From Octopus bimaculoides (Eukaryota): 36,890 nt of DNA. A model generated the notes under the pieces. The model saw nothing but the letters and a program-made list of their open reading frames with translations, ran no database searches and was not told the origin of the DNA. This document shows positions 22,812 through 34,727 of the stretch, piece by piece. The position numbers and the translations under genes are program-made. The stretch covers positions 22,663,376 through 22,700,265 of the forward strand of contig NC_069005.1 in NCBI RefSeq assembly GCF_001194135.2, given 5' to 3'. Within the stretch, counting starts at the first letter, position 1. Every line of letters begins with the position of its first letter.

Positions 22812-23075
22812 TGACCATTCCAGTTGATCTGATGCACGGAACAACCTGCTTGTGAAATTAATGTGCAAGTGGCTGAGCACTCCACAGACACATGTTCTCT
22901 TAACTTAGTTCTCAGAGAGATTCAGCTTGACACAGAATGTGACAAGGCTAGTCCTTTGAATTACAGGTACAACTCATTTTTGCCAGCTGAGTGGACTTGA
23001 GCAATGTGAAATAAAGTGTCTTGCTCAAGGACACAATGTGCTGCCAGAAATCGAACTGATGACCTTACGATTGTA
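22812..23075 (-). mobile_element. SINE family E (shares its 3' part with family A); further copies at about 24770-24915 (-), 27880-28045 (+), 35010-35190 (+), 35400-35535 (-)
   Basis: Recurrent tgtgtccttgagcaagacactttatttcacattgctc.agtccactcagctggcaaaaatgag block. Confidence 0.7.
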
Positions 23076-23504
23076 CACCTTCACTCCATGTAAGCATGGA
23101 AAAGTGGACATTATAACTATGATGATGTTGATGATGATTTCTGTGGACTATGACTGTGAGAAGGTACCTGTTCTTGGCAGTAAAGGTTGTGTAGGTTCTC
23201 TGATCTGGCCCTTGTTGGTTGTTTCCCTATTGGTCTTCCTTTCTGTTTCCTCACGCTTGCTTCTATAATATAACTCTATACATATTTTTGTAATTTGTTG
23301 TTGTCATGTTGCCTTCAACTGTCACCCTTGTGGCTGATAAAACAAACAATCAAGTGTCATTGTTGATTCTAGGTAGTCAAGCAACCTGTAGTTATTTGAA
23401 GAATGTGACCTACAGCAAGTCTGTACTGTTAAATGAATGTATAACACACTTTGTATTGTCGAAGTATATCTAAACAAGTTTCTGTAATGAGAAAGGAGGA
23501 AAAA

Positions 23505-23541
<37 letters not shown>

Positions 23542-25129
23542 GTTGTTACAGTAGTCTTATCTTCATTGCGTGACTTATGGTTTCACTGCACAACCAGGTA
23601 CAACTCTGTATACGTCAATAATATGGAAGATTTTCTTTTCTGTTTAATGCTCCAAAGTATTATGTAAGGTGCTATGACCTGTATGCTTACTCTATATAGC
23701 ATGTGTGTGTAGTACCCAGTGATTTTATTTGTTTGTATGCTGTATATATTCATATGTAAGGAGGTGAATTTGAAGAGTTATTAGGACATCAGATTAGATA
23801 CCTTGAGAGATCAAATCTGGTTCTCTGTTTTCTGGGTTCGAATCCTGCTGAGGGTAATATCTCTTAGCCTTCATTGCATTAACAAAATCTCTTCTTTGAA
23901 CGGAACCCTTCATTCAGCTAGTTTCAATATGAAGTATATACTTAGCTGAAGGAATACTCTAAGCAGTTGCTCATTTCTGCCAATTCTCATTAAAAAGTGT
24001 GCTTATTTCCTCTCATATTTACTGAAGTCAAATAATCTGCCCTAATCATTGGTGACATTCAAAACCAGTATGTATTCATATCCATATTTAAAAGGAAACT
24101 CTTATCAATGTTAACATTTTTGAAACCTGTTATACACTGTATGACCAAAGGGGGTTGCACCTCGAAGGTTCCCCTCTGAGATACAAGTCTGGGCAAGGTT
24201 CATCATCATCATCATCATTTAACGTCTGCTTTCCATGCTAGCATGGGTTGGATGATTTGACTGAGGACTGGCAAACCAGATGGCTGCACCAGGCTCCAAT
24301 CTGATCTGGCAGAGTTTCTACAGCTGGATGCCCTTCCTAACGCCAACCACTCTGAGAGTGTAGTGGGTGCTTTTACATGCCATTGGCACGAGGGCCAGTC
24401 AGGCAGTACTGGCAATGGCCACACTCAAATGGTGTTTTTACATGCCACCTGCACAGGAGTCAGTCCAGCGGTACTGGCAACAACCTTGCTTGAATGTTTT
24501 GTTCACATGCCACTGGCACAAGTGCCAGTAAGGCGACGCTGGTAACGATCATGCTCAAATGGTGCTTTTTATGTGCCATACACAATGGGCTTCCACAGAG
24601 TTTCCATCAAGCAAATCCACTCTCAAAGCATTGGTTGGATCAAGGCTATAGTAGAAAACACTTGCCCAAAAAGTGCCATGCAGTGGGACTGAACCAGCAG
24701 CTGCCCATGCATACTAGCCTCCTCTCTACACGCCACTGATGTTATCCATATGAAAGACAAGGGCTGATACAGCTTGGCACCAGTGACTCATTTCTACAGC
24801 TGAGTGAACTGAAGCAATGTGTAATAAAGTGTCTTGCTCAAGAACGCAACACACAGCCCAATCCAGGAATTGAACTCACCTCCTCGTGGTTGTGAACCTG
24901 ACACTCTAACCACTATGTATGTAAATGATACATATATAATACAAGACCACATTAAAATACAAATCTAAAACTGAAGAAAACACAAGCATGAGTGAAAAAA
25001 GAAAAAAAAACAAGAAAAAAAAAAAGGAAAAAGAGGTAAGAAGAAAGAAAAAACACCACTTCAACACTCAGTGCTTCAATTGGTTGCATACCACAAGGTT
25101 TAATGGAACTGAAGCAAACCAACATACTC

Positions 25130-25345
25130 ACAGCATTATTACAAGTGATATATAGTGAGGTTAAGGTGTTGGTACAGCCAAGCACCCTCGTGGGCTTCAC
25201 CTGTTACTATGGCAAAGCAAGCTGCCAATAATGACAGGAACTTCACTGTTAATGGTCCCACCCCTCCAAATGTCTCAAATGCCACAGGCTGGTAGAACTG
25301 GTTCACTGACAAGTCCTGATACTTAAGGATTTTGTTCCATTTGGC
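25130..25345 (-). mobile_element. CRE-like (restriction-like endonuclease) non-LTR retrotransposon C-terminal relic
   Basis: KYQDL...FYQPVAFETFGGVGPLTVKFLSLLAACFAIVTGEAHEGAWLYQHLNLTI resembles the F.P.A.ETLG..G...FL..L.....TG..RE...L.QRLS.AI tail of CRE-clade elements. Confidence 0.65.
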
Positions 25346-25759
25346 TATGAAAGTAGTGTTATACATTACTTTCCTATTCAGATCTGTACTTGCAACCTTT
25401 CATATCAACATGTTAAAAACATGAACTACTACTTTCTATAACATAGATTTATTGTATCTCTTATGCAAGGTGAAATATATATTAAACCATGAGCATTTTA
25501 TGTTCAAACCAGCCAGATCTAGCTTCTTACACTTATCCTACAATGTCATTCTAAAAATATGCAATCACTTCATTGAAATCTCTAAGCTATGAGATAATGC
25601 ATGATTAATTCAAAACAATCATCATCATCATCATTGTCGTTTAACGTCCGCTTTTCATGCTGGCATGGGTTGGACGGTTTGACCGAGGGCTGGCGAGCCA
25701 GAAGGCTGCACCAAGCTCCAATCTGCTCTGGTAAAGTTTCTTGGGCAAGTGTCTTCTAC

Positions 25760-26275
25760 ACCGCCACCACCACCACCACCGACAACAACAACAACAACAA
25801 CCAAGATTATCACCACCAACTCCTCCACCACAACTTTCATTGCTATCAACAGCACCATATTTAACAGCAGCAGCAGTACCACCACCACCACCACCACCAC
25901 CACAACCACCACCACCACCACTGCTAACAGCAACATTGCTACCACCACTCATACCACCACCTCCACCAGCCCTTCCAAAACCACACAACTACAACCATCA
26001 CCACCACCACTACCACTGCCATGACTACAACCATCACAATGACTGCCACCACCACCACCACCACCATCACCAACAGCAACAACATTACTACCATCACCAC
26101 CACCACTATCATCAATGACACCATAATCATCACCACCACCTTTGTCACAATAGCAGAAGCAGCACTACAACCACAACTAGGATGCTGATAACTGCTGCCA
26201 CCACTACCACCATCACTGCCACCACCATAGCAACTGCCGCCACCACCACCACCAGTACTACCACCACGACCACCA
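25760..26275. repeat. (CAC/CAA)n degenerate microsatellite
   Basis: Direct inspection. Confidence 0.95.
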
Positions 26276-26344
26276 ATCCTTTAAAAGGTGATTTACATTT
26301 AATCCTGACTTTTGCTGCCCCAAAATCAATAGAAGTAGAATTCA

Positions 26345-26675
26345 GGATGATGGGTTAGGGTGGTGGTAGTGGTTGTGATGGAGGAGGGGTAGAGTAGGAA
26401 GATGGCAAAGTGATGAAGGAGGTTGGGTTGGGAGGAGGAAGGGAAGTTGTGGGGAATATTGATGACGGACAAGGTGTGAGATGAAAATGTTGATGATAAA
26501 AATTGATTGTGGTGTAGATGGTGATGATGGTGATGGTGATAGTAGCGATGATGATGAAGACGATGATAATGATAAAGGTAGTGATAGTGATGATAACTTT
26601 ATGATGATGATGACGGTGATGATGGTGATAATGATGATGAAGATGATAATGATGTTGATGATAATGGTGATGTCA
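26345..26675. repeat. (GGT/GAT)n degenerate microsatellite
   Basis: Direct inspection. Confidence 0.9.
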
Positions 26676-27010
26676 TGAGGAGAATTATGCAGAACATGTG
26701 GCTGATTACTTACGTACTCTTTCACTCCAAGACCATCATCAAACAGCAAGGATGCCATATTATCCCTTACCCCTGTTGCTCTCACCAATGTTTACCAAAC
26801 ATATTGGGCTCTCAGTAAGGTTCAATACACATCTGGTCCTGATCCGTAGGTCTCTGAAAGAGGGGAAGAGGAGAGAGAGAGAGAGAAATGTTGGTGGAGA
26901 TAATAATAATGGACATCTGTTGCTGGAAAGATAAATAAAAGTTTCTGTTACATCACCAAAGCACATGTGGCTTTCACCAATATACATCAGTAAAAGATAT
27001 ATATATATAT

Positions 27011-27380
27011 CATCATCATCATCATCATCATCATTATCATCGTTTAACGTCTGCTTTCCATGCTAGCATGGGTTGGACGATTTGACTGAGGACTGGTGAA
27101 ACCAGATGGCTACACCAGGCTCCAATCTGATTTGGCAGAGTTTCTACAGCTGGATGCCCTTCCTAACGCCAACTACTCTGAGAGTGTAGTGGGTGCTTTT
27201 ATGTGCCACCGGCACGGAGGCCAGTCAGGCGATACTGGCAACGGCCACGCTCAAAATGGTGTATTTTATGTGCCACCTGCACAGGAGCCAGTCCAGCGGC
27301 ACTGATAATGACCTCACTCGAATGTTTTTTTTTTCGTGTCACTGGCACAAGTGCCAGTAAGGCAATGCTGGTAACGATCA
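27011..27380 (-). mobile_element. Family B repeat; further copies at about 14275-14455, 14516-14709, 16988-17235, 18899-18960, 21100-21320, 24201-24590, 25620-25760
   Basis: (CAT)n followed by cgtttaacgtc.gctttccatgctagcatgggttgga...ggatgcccttcctaacgccaac is seen in each copy. Confidence 0.8.
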
Positions 27381-27459
27381 TAAAATATGTTATTATTTAG
27401 CTGATCTAATTTGCATTTGAGGTGGATGTACTATCAACAAAGTAGCCAGAGTAAGGACA

Positions 27460-27580
27460 GGGTGGTAAAAGTTCAAGGAGCTATTACCTTTGTTGGTACC
27501 AAAGGAATTTTCTCTTTGAGTGAAGGGCAGATTGTATGATGCTTGTTTACAAAGTGTAATGTTGTATGTGAGTGAAATAT
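27460..27580 (+). mobile_element. Short RTE-like LINE RT fragment
   Basis: KFKELLPLLVPKEFSL*VKGRLYDACLQSVMLY. Confidence 0.7.
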
Positions 27581-29399
27581 TGATTTTAAATTTTTGCGCA
27601 AGGTTAGCAACTTTGGGGAAGCGGGTAAGTCAATTACTTGACCCCAGTGTTCAACCGGTACTTACTTTATTGACCCTGAAAGGATGAAAGACAAAGTCGA
27701 CCTCAGTGGAATTTGAACTCAGAATGTAAAGACACAAAATGTCACTAAGCATTTTGCCTGATATGCTAACGATTCTGCCAGCTCATTATTTGAAGGCTGT
27801 AAGCTGGCAGAATCATTAGTACATGAGACAAAATGCTTCGTGGTATTTTCTTCAATTTTGTATGTTTTAAGTTCAAATCCCGTATTGTGTTCTTGAGCAA
27901 AACACTTCACTTCACGTTGCTCCAGTCCACTCAGCTGGCAAAAATGAGTAACGCTGCGATGGACTGGCGTTCCGTCCAGCTGGGGAACACATACGCCATT
28001 GAAACCGGGAAACCGGGCCCATGAACCTGGTTAGGTTTTAAAAGGGCACATTTATTATTATTTTTTTAAAGTTAAAATCCCACTGAGTTCAATTTTGTCT
28101 TCCAGCCCTCCAGGCTCAATAGAATGTACCAGTTGAGTACTGAAGTTGATATATTTGACTAAATCCTCTCATAAGATTTCTGGTCTTATGCCAATGTTAA
28201 AAATCATTATCATCATTTTTATTAAAATGTTAAAAGCAGAACAGGTAGTGGGGTGTAGGGTATATAAGTTGGTTTTAACACACCTGATGGGGCTCCGAAA
28301 GGGGTCTCTGGGAGTAGCGTCCCTGCGTTCCTGAGCTGGTTTTCTACCACATTTCTTAAAAACCGTGGTAGAGGCTTTGGTCTTGGGACCACTCATGTCT
28401 AGAAACTGAGGTTGGGGGTAAGCAAGGGCATGCTCCCTGTAGAAAATCCAGCTCCAAAAAAAGCCTCATGGTAGCAAAGAGAATGAGCACCAGCCAGCCC
28501 AAAGGTTGGGGTGGGTTACACCTGCCTACCTCTGTTGCTATGGTATTGAGTTAGATTTGGTGACCCCCATTAACGGGGACAAAACCCAGATTTAAAACAC
28601 TGGATGAGGATGATTATGCAAGAAACATCAAAATGTTAACCAGTTACAAATATGGTGATATATATATATCGGTAGGTAGACAGCTAAAATTATTTTAACA
28701 TATTTCTGATTAGAAATAAGTATAAATTTATAGCTAATAATTTCAATTTTCATGCAAGTATGGGAGATAAATATAGACATGTTTTGGTCTTATTTTGACC
28801 TTATCAGTAAAATATAGCTTCCATTGTCATTACTCATTTCCAGTTAAATATTTGATATTCTATACATCAAATATGTGAGTACTAACTTACGTACCTGCCT
28901 ACCTGTTCTTTCTTCCATGCCTGTTTTCCTTCCTTTGTTTATTCTTTTATTTGTTTACTTGTTTCAGTCATTAGACTGTGGCCATGCTGGGGCTCCACCT
29001 TGAAGACTTTTTAGCTGAATGAATCAACCTCAGTACTACTTATTCTTCCAGTCTCTTCTGCTGAACCACTGAGTTATGGGGACACAAACACACCAACATC
29101 GGTTTCCAAGGAGTGGTGGAGAACAAATACGGATACAAATCACATGCACGCACGCACACACACACACAAATATATGACTGGCTTCTTTCAGTTTCCATCC
29201 ACGAAATCCACTTACTAGGCTTCGGTTGGCCCAGGGCTATAGTAGAAGAGCCCAACCCTGGGAAACAGAACTTCCCACCACACAAATCAACACTATGAGA
29301 GAAACTGAATATGTAGAAATGTAAATGGAATTGTAATGAAATGTTTATGTATAAATAATGTTTCACTGGTGATATCATTTTGGTACTGACTCACCTTGG

Positions 29400-29935
29400 T
29401 TAATGATAAATCTCTGTTACTCTCTTGCTTTGCTTTTCTGTCCCATTTTTTTTCTCTCTTCTTGCTCTACCATTTTTTTCTTTTTCTTTTTTTTTTCATT
29501 TCTTTCCTATTTTTCAGTCTCACTATCTTTCTTTCCTTTTTCTCTCTGCTTCTCATCTCTCCTCTCACCTCTCTCTTGCTTCACAAAGAACACCCTCTAA
29601 CTTCTCCCTTTCCCTGTCTTTCAGTCCACCTTTTCTCTCTCTTCACTCTCTGTCATTTTGCTTTTTCTTTTATTATTCCATTTTCTTTTGCAGTCTCTCT
29701 CTCTCTCTCTCTCTCTTCCTCTTTCTCTCTCTCTGTCTCTCTGTCTCTCTGTCTCTGTCTGTCTGTCTCTCTCTCTCTGTCTGTCTCTCTCTGTCTGTCT
29801 CTCTGTCTGTCTCTCTCTGTGTCTCTCTCTGTGTCTCTCTCTGTCTGTCTCTCTGTCTGTCTCTCTCTCTCTCTCTGTCTCTCTCTGTCTCTCTGTCTCT
29901 CTCTGTCTCTCTCTCTCACTCTCTTCCCCTTTCCC
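29400..29935. repeat. Polypyrimidine tract ending in (CT)n/(CTGT)n microsatellite
   Basis: Direct inspection. Confidence 0.9.
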
Positions 29936-29955
29936 TTTCCCTTGAAAGTCTTCTT

Positions 29956-30310
29956 ATGAAGTGGTATCAAAAAATTCCTAGACTAGATATGTTTAAAAAA
30001 TAACTTATTTACCTAAATTTTAACATTGTCTCCTTTGAAATAGTCACCTTGTGCAGCAATACACCAATCCCAGCATTCCTGCTGCTTTTGGAATCTGACC
30101 TGGAAGTCATTTTCTGTAAGCAAGTTGAGGACCTCCTGCGACTCACTCTAGATCTTGACACCGGTGTTAAAATGGTGACCTTTGAGCAGCATTTTCATCT
30201 TGGGGCACAAGATAGAAGTCTGCAGGTGCTAAATCTGGCAAATAGGGCGGGTGTGGAAATAATACTGTGTTGTTTTTGGTGAGGAACTCAAGACTGAGGA
30301 GAGCTTGGTG
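29956..30310 (-). mobile_element. Mariner transposase C-terminal relic
   Basis: Minus strand gives HPPYLPDLAPADFY..PKMKMLLKGHHF...FQKQQECWDWCIAAQGDYFKGD with a frameshift and a stop. Confidence 0.8.
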
Positions 30311-30974
30311 AAAAATCTAATTCTTCATGCTCCACAGGTCTGGTTGAACCCTTGTCCAGTAGTCCACCACTTCCACAACCACCACTGCTGCTGCAACTAT
30401 CACTTCTACCAATAACCACACTAATAGATGTAACCAAATTTTAATTTTTTTTTTGTCATTGGTTAGTATGTGATTTTTCCTGTTTGCTTCTATCTAGAAA
30501 TCAAAGGAAATCACTATATTCTTCAGACTTTACTTTTGTCACCTGGACATCAATGTTTTAAAACTGACCTCCTATTTGCCATTACATTTCAGACAGATTC
30601 AACAGAAATATTGTTATAGCAAATATTCTGCTCAATATCACAGATTTGCTTGTCGGTTGCTTGACCATAACCACTTGAGTCTGTCCCTTAGTGGCTGACA
30701 ACATGTACATCTCTGATGATGAGCAGAAGTAGTTGAGGTGCATCAAAGCCATGTGGTGAGAGAGATACTTTGGTGTTTGAATAAATGTAACAAAAGCAAA
30801 GTTTGAGGGAAATATTAGCCATTTTTCATACTTTCTGGGGAAAGCAAATAAGAAATAATAGTCGCTACCCAAGGACAAAAATTGTTACACACTGTTATTA
30901 TTAGACTTAGATATAACTTCAATAAATTTCAGTTTGGTATGACTTCATTGTCTCTCATCTTTCCTTCTTTTCAG

Positions 30975-31061
30975 TGTACATTCTGGGAATATCGAGATTT
31001 TGTGGTAGTTTATCGAAAATATGTGAATCTGTACCTAGTGGCTGCCGTTACCAGTGATGAG
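30975..31061 (+). CDS. AP4S1: AP-4 sigma subunit, coding exon 2 (aa 47-75)
   Basis: Acceptor ttccttcttttcag; CTFWEYRDFVVVYRKYVNLYLVAAVTSDE (87 nt); donor GAG|GTAATG. Confidence 0.93.
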
Positions 31062-31523
31062 GTAATGTCATTATTTATGTAATTTTTGTTATTATTGTTG
31101 CTCTTGTTGTTTGTTGTTGTCAAATCCTTACTGAAGTGGACTTGGCTCTTCCTCCTGGGATTAGCAATATAATTACTGGGTGATGTGGGGTGTTATTCTC
31201 TACTATAGCCCTCGGCTGACCAATGCTTTGTGAGTGGAATTGGTAGATGGAAACTGTGGAAGCCTGTCATGTATGTGTGTGAGATTCAATTAATTACATC
31301 TTGCTCTCTCTCTAAGAAATTGTGACTTTGTGCCAGTGTATCTTTTATCTTTTACTTGTGTCAGTCATTAGACTGTGGCCATGCTGGGGCAATGCCTTAA
31401 AGAATTTTTAGTTACTTATTGTTTTAAAGCCTGGTACTTATTCTATCTCTCTCTTTTGCTGAACTGCTAAGTTACAGGGATCTAAACACATCAGCACTGG
31501 TTGTGAAGCAGTGGTGGTGGTGG

Positions 31524-32206
31524 NNNNNNNNNNNNNNNNNNNNNNNNNNNNNNNNNNNNNNNNNNNNNNNNNNNNNNNNNNNNNNNNNNNNNNNNNNNNN
31601 NNNNNNNNNNNNNNNNNNNNNNNNNNNNNNNNNNNNNNNNNNNNNNNNNNNNNNNNNNNNNNNNNNNNNNNNNNNNNNNNNNNNNNNNNNNNNNNNNNNN
31701 NNNNNNNNNNNNNNNNNNNNNNNNNNNNNNNNNNNNNNNNNNNNNNNNNNNNNNNNNNNNNNNNNNNNNNNNNNNNNNNNNNNNNNNNNNNNNNNNNNNN
31801 NNNNNNNNNNNNNNNNNNNNNNNNNNNNNNNNNNNNNNNNNNNNNNNNNNNNNNNNNNNNNNNNNNNNNNNNNNNNNNNNNNNNNNNNNNNNNNNNNNNN
31901 NNNNNNNNNNNNNNNNNNNNNNNNNNNNNNNNNNNNNNNNNNNNNNNNNNNNNNNNNNNNNNNNNNNNNNNNNNNNNNNNNNNNNNNNNNNNNNNNNNNN
32001 NNNNNNNNNNNNNNNNNNNNNNNNNNNNNNNNNNNNNNNNNNNNNNNNNNNNNNNNNNNNNNNNNNNNNNNNNNNNNNNNNNNNNNNNNNNNNNNNNNNN
32101 NNNNNNNNNNNNNNNNNNNNNNNNNNNNNNNNNNNNNNNNNNNNNNNNNNNNNNNNNNNNNNNNNNNNNNNNNNNNNNNNNNNNNNNNNNNNNNNNNNNN
32201 NNNNNN
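31524..32206. other. Assembly gap (683 N); other gaps at 4394-4512, 15693-15948, 16819-16987, 18232-18241
   Basis: Runs of N, mostly abutting microsatellites or SINEs. Confidence 0.99.
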
Positions 32207-32839
32207 TATATATATATATTGATATATATATATATATCAATATATATATATTCATACATATAAATAACTGGTACTGGCCATATCCGGCTACAATATTCTA
32301 TCTGTTTTATGTTCAAACCAACTAGATCTGGAATCTCGCATCCACCCTACAATGTCGTTCTAAAAATAAACAACCTCATCATCGAAATCTTGAAGTTATA
32401 AGATGGTGTATGATTAATTTCAAAGCAATGAATAAATAAGCATTACATTGGACAGAATAATCTGAATGCTAAAAGGGTTAATGGCCTGGTTGATAAGGGT
32501 ATTACTACCCATAGTTTAGAAATATAGGTTCCCCATTTCAAATCCAGCCAAGCACTTTGTACAAATCCAAGAATAAAGCACCTAATGGCTATTGGAGATC
32601 AGACATAGTGTATCATGATCATTTAATGTTGACTTTTCCATGTGGCCAGGTTAGATTTGGCAACAAGAAAGGCACCAAGTTGTAGAAAAATCTACCTTGG
32701 TAAATTCCATCTGACCCATGCAAGCATGGAAAAGTGGACAGTAAAACAACTATCAAACAGGACTAGATGGCTGCTACACAAGGATTCTATGAATGGCTCT
32801 AAGTGTGAATTGGCAGCAACATATAACAAATGAATGCCT

Positions 32840-33075
32840 TTATGGAGTCTTATCAAAAGTTAGTGAAAAGATGAAGCAAAGACGGCTGTGACTGTCTGGT
32901 CTCTGCATGCACCAGACTGGACTGGAAACATCCAAATTAGTCTTGTGGAACCCACTTCATGATGATGTACGAAGGGGTAAATGTCATCACATACAGTGAC
33001 AACCTGATTGCAGGCACTGGCCTGGAATGTATCCAGGACCTCGAGGCAGTGATGATGGATCAAGAAGTGTGGTGA
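32840..33075 (+). mobile_element. RTE-like LINE 3' end relic
   Basis: KMKQRRL*L, SKLVLWNPLH..RRG, and frameshifted DNL.AGTGLECIQDLEAVMMDQEVW. Confidence 0.7.
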
Positions 33076-33178
33076 GTGAACTTTGTAGTTGTGACCTGGG
33101 TTGGAACCCAGCCATTAAAAAAAAAAAAAAGCAATGATAATGATGCTACATAAATGTATATCTTCTTGTCTCTTTTAG

Positions 33179-33247
33179 AATGAACTGGCAATATATGAGC
33201 TGATGCATAATCTACTGGAAACCTTGAATGTGTACTTTGACAAAGTT
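33179..33247 (+). CDS. AP4S1: AP-4 sigma subunit, coding exon 3 (aa 76-98)
   Basis: Acceptor tcttcttgtctcttttag; NELAIYELMHNLLETLNVYFDKV (69 nt); donor GTT|GTAAGT. Confidence 0.93.
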
Positions 33248-33261
33248 GTAAGTATCTAGCT

Positions 33262-33520
33262 CAGTAGTTCTTAACTGGGGTCCATATGGTCCTTGTGGGG
33301 GGGGGGGTCTATAAAAGATTTTGTTGCTAAAGTTTATGTGTAATAAGTTGCTTATACTTTTGTTATACACAAAATATCTTTTTTTTTACAATTCCAAATA
33401 ATAATTAATCATAAACATACTGAAAATTTTTAATGTACATTGAATAGCTATGGAGGATCCAGCAGAGTAAAACAGGAATCAAAGGGATCCATAGACAAAA
33501 AAATGGTTGACGGTTAGCTG
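33262..33520. mobile_element. Older copy of the same hAT-like MITE family
   Basis: Starts CAGTAGTTCTTAACTGGGGTCCATATGG and ends ...gggatccatagacaaaaaaatggttga, matching both ends of 7360-7667; right TIR degenerate. Confidence 0.6.
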
Positions 33521-33846
33521 GTCCTAGCACCTGGCAGTTCAGTGTTGCAGGTATATGGATGAGTGAGTTGATATGGATTGGGTCAGGTGTTGGATTGCTC
33601 ACCAAATTCTGTCACCATTGTCTATGTCATTGCTGTGTATACAGCAGTGCAGCAAGCATTCTACAGCCAAACCCCAAACCCTTCTGACACAGCCCTGTTC
33701 TCACTAGGCCACTCTGCCTAGCCGTTACATGTATAAGCTCTATGTTAGTTTTGATCCAGCAGGCCTATGGTCAAAGATGTTCTGGTCATGATCTCATCTT
33801 TTTTTTGGATGTGTCCTATTTTTTTAAATGGTAGTTGAGGGAAAGT

Positions 33847-34226
33847 GGAGGTGCAATGGCCCAGTGGTTAGGGCAGTGAACTCGCGGTCATAGGATCTCG
33901 GTTTCGATTCCCAGACCGAGCGTTGTGAGTGTTTATTGAGCGAAAACACCTGAAGCTCCACGAGGCTCCGGCAGGGGATGGTGGTGAACCCTGCTGTACT
34001 CTTTCACCACAACTCACTCTTACTTCCTGTTTCTGCTGTGCCTGTAATTCAAAGAGTCAGCCTTGTCACACTGTCACGCTGAATATCCCTGAGAACTACG
34101 TTAAGGGTACACGTGTCTGTGGAGTGCTCAGTCACTTGCACGTTAATTTCACGAGTAGGCTGTTCCGTTGATCGAATCAACTGGAACCCTCGACGTCGTA
34201 AGCGACGGAGTGCCAACAACAACAAC
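33847..34226 (+). mobile_element. Full-length tRNA-derived SINE (family A) with TSD
   Basis: A-box TGGCCCAGTGG, B-box GGTTTCGATTCC, (CAA)n tail, perfect 12-bp TSD AGTTGAGGGAAA (33833-33844 / 34227-34238). Confidence 0.9.
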
Positions 34227-34706
34227 AGTTGAGGGAAATTCAGCTTGTATTTCTAGAAGATACAGTGATCATATGGAGAGCTACTTTCAGTTTCTGTCGA
34301 CCAAATCCACTCACAAGTCTTTGGTCAGCCATGCAGTAGGACTGAACCTGTAACCATGTGATTGAAAAGCAGCAAATTTGTTACAACCACACCTGTGCCT
34401 AATAATAATAATAATAATAATAATAATCTTTTCTACTATGGGCACAAGGCCTGAAAGTTTTTGGGAAAGGTGTTAGTTGATTACAACAACTCCATGGTTC
34501 AACTGGTACCTATTTTATTGATCCTGAAAGGTTGAAAGGCAAAGTTGACCTCAGTGAAATTTGAACTCAGAATTGTAAGAAATGCTGATTAGCATCTTGT
34601 TTGACTTGCTAACTACTCCGTCAGTTTGTTGCCTTAGTTTAAATTGTAAATATATTTTTTACTGGTTATAAATAACTAATCTTTTTTTTTTTCATCTTTT
34701 TTTCAG

Positions 34707-34718
34707 TCAGAGCTGGAT
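34707..34718 (+). CDS. AP4S1: AP-4 sigma subunit, 12-nt microexon (aa 99-102, SELD)
   Basis: Branch-like ACTAAT at 34675-34680, long U-tract and tttcag acceptor; TCA GAG CTG GAT = SELD continues the conserved V-S/C-E-L-D motif in frame; followed by GTATCCTTT. Confidence 0.88.
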
Positions 34719-34727
34719 GTATCCTTT
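34719..34727 (+). promoter_or_regulatory. U12-type (minor spliceosome) 5' splice site, GT subtype
   Basis: GTATCCTTT is an exact match to the U12 donor consensus RTATCCTTT, directly after an in-frame conserved exon. Confidence 0.88.

Noticed and set aside
25601-26788. Pro/Thr/His/Gly/Asp-rich ORFs
   Set aside because: Translations of trinucleotide microsatellites; no splice or domain support.
28278-28306. CTGATG-G-GGCTCC-GAAA-GGGGTC, resembling half a hammerhead with a GNRA-capped stem II
   Set aside because: A9 is replaced by G, and the second GAAA box, stem III and stem I partner are absent.
29396-30003. (SL)n and (ER)n ORFs
   Set aside because: Translations of (CT)n/(CTGT)n repeats.
31438-32316. 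Long ORFs spanning N-runs (also at 4320-4614, 15512-16210, 16750-17047)
   Set aside because: Artefacts of gaps. AP4S1 exons join in frame with no missing residues, so no coding exon of this gene is hidden in the gap.
33847-33915. tRNA gene
   Set aside because: A/B boxes belong to a SINE head with body, tail and TSD; no complete cloverleaf.
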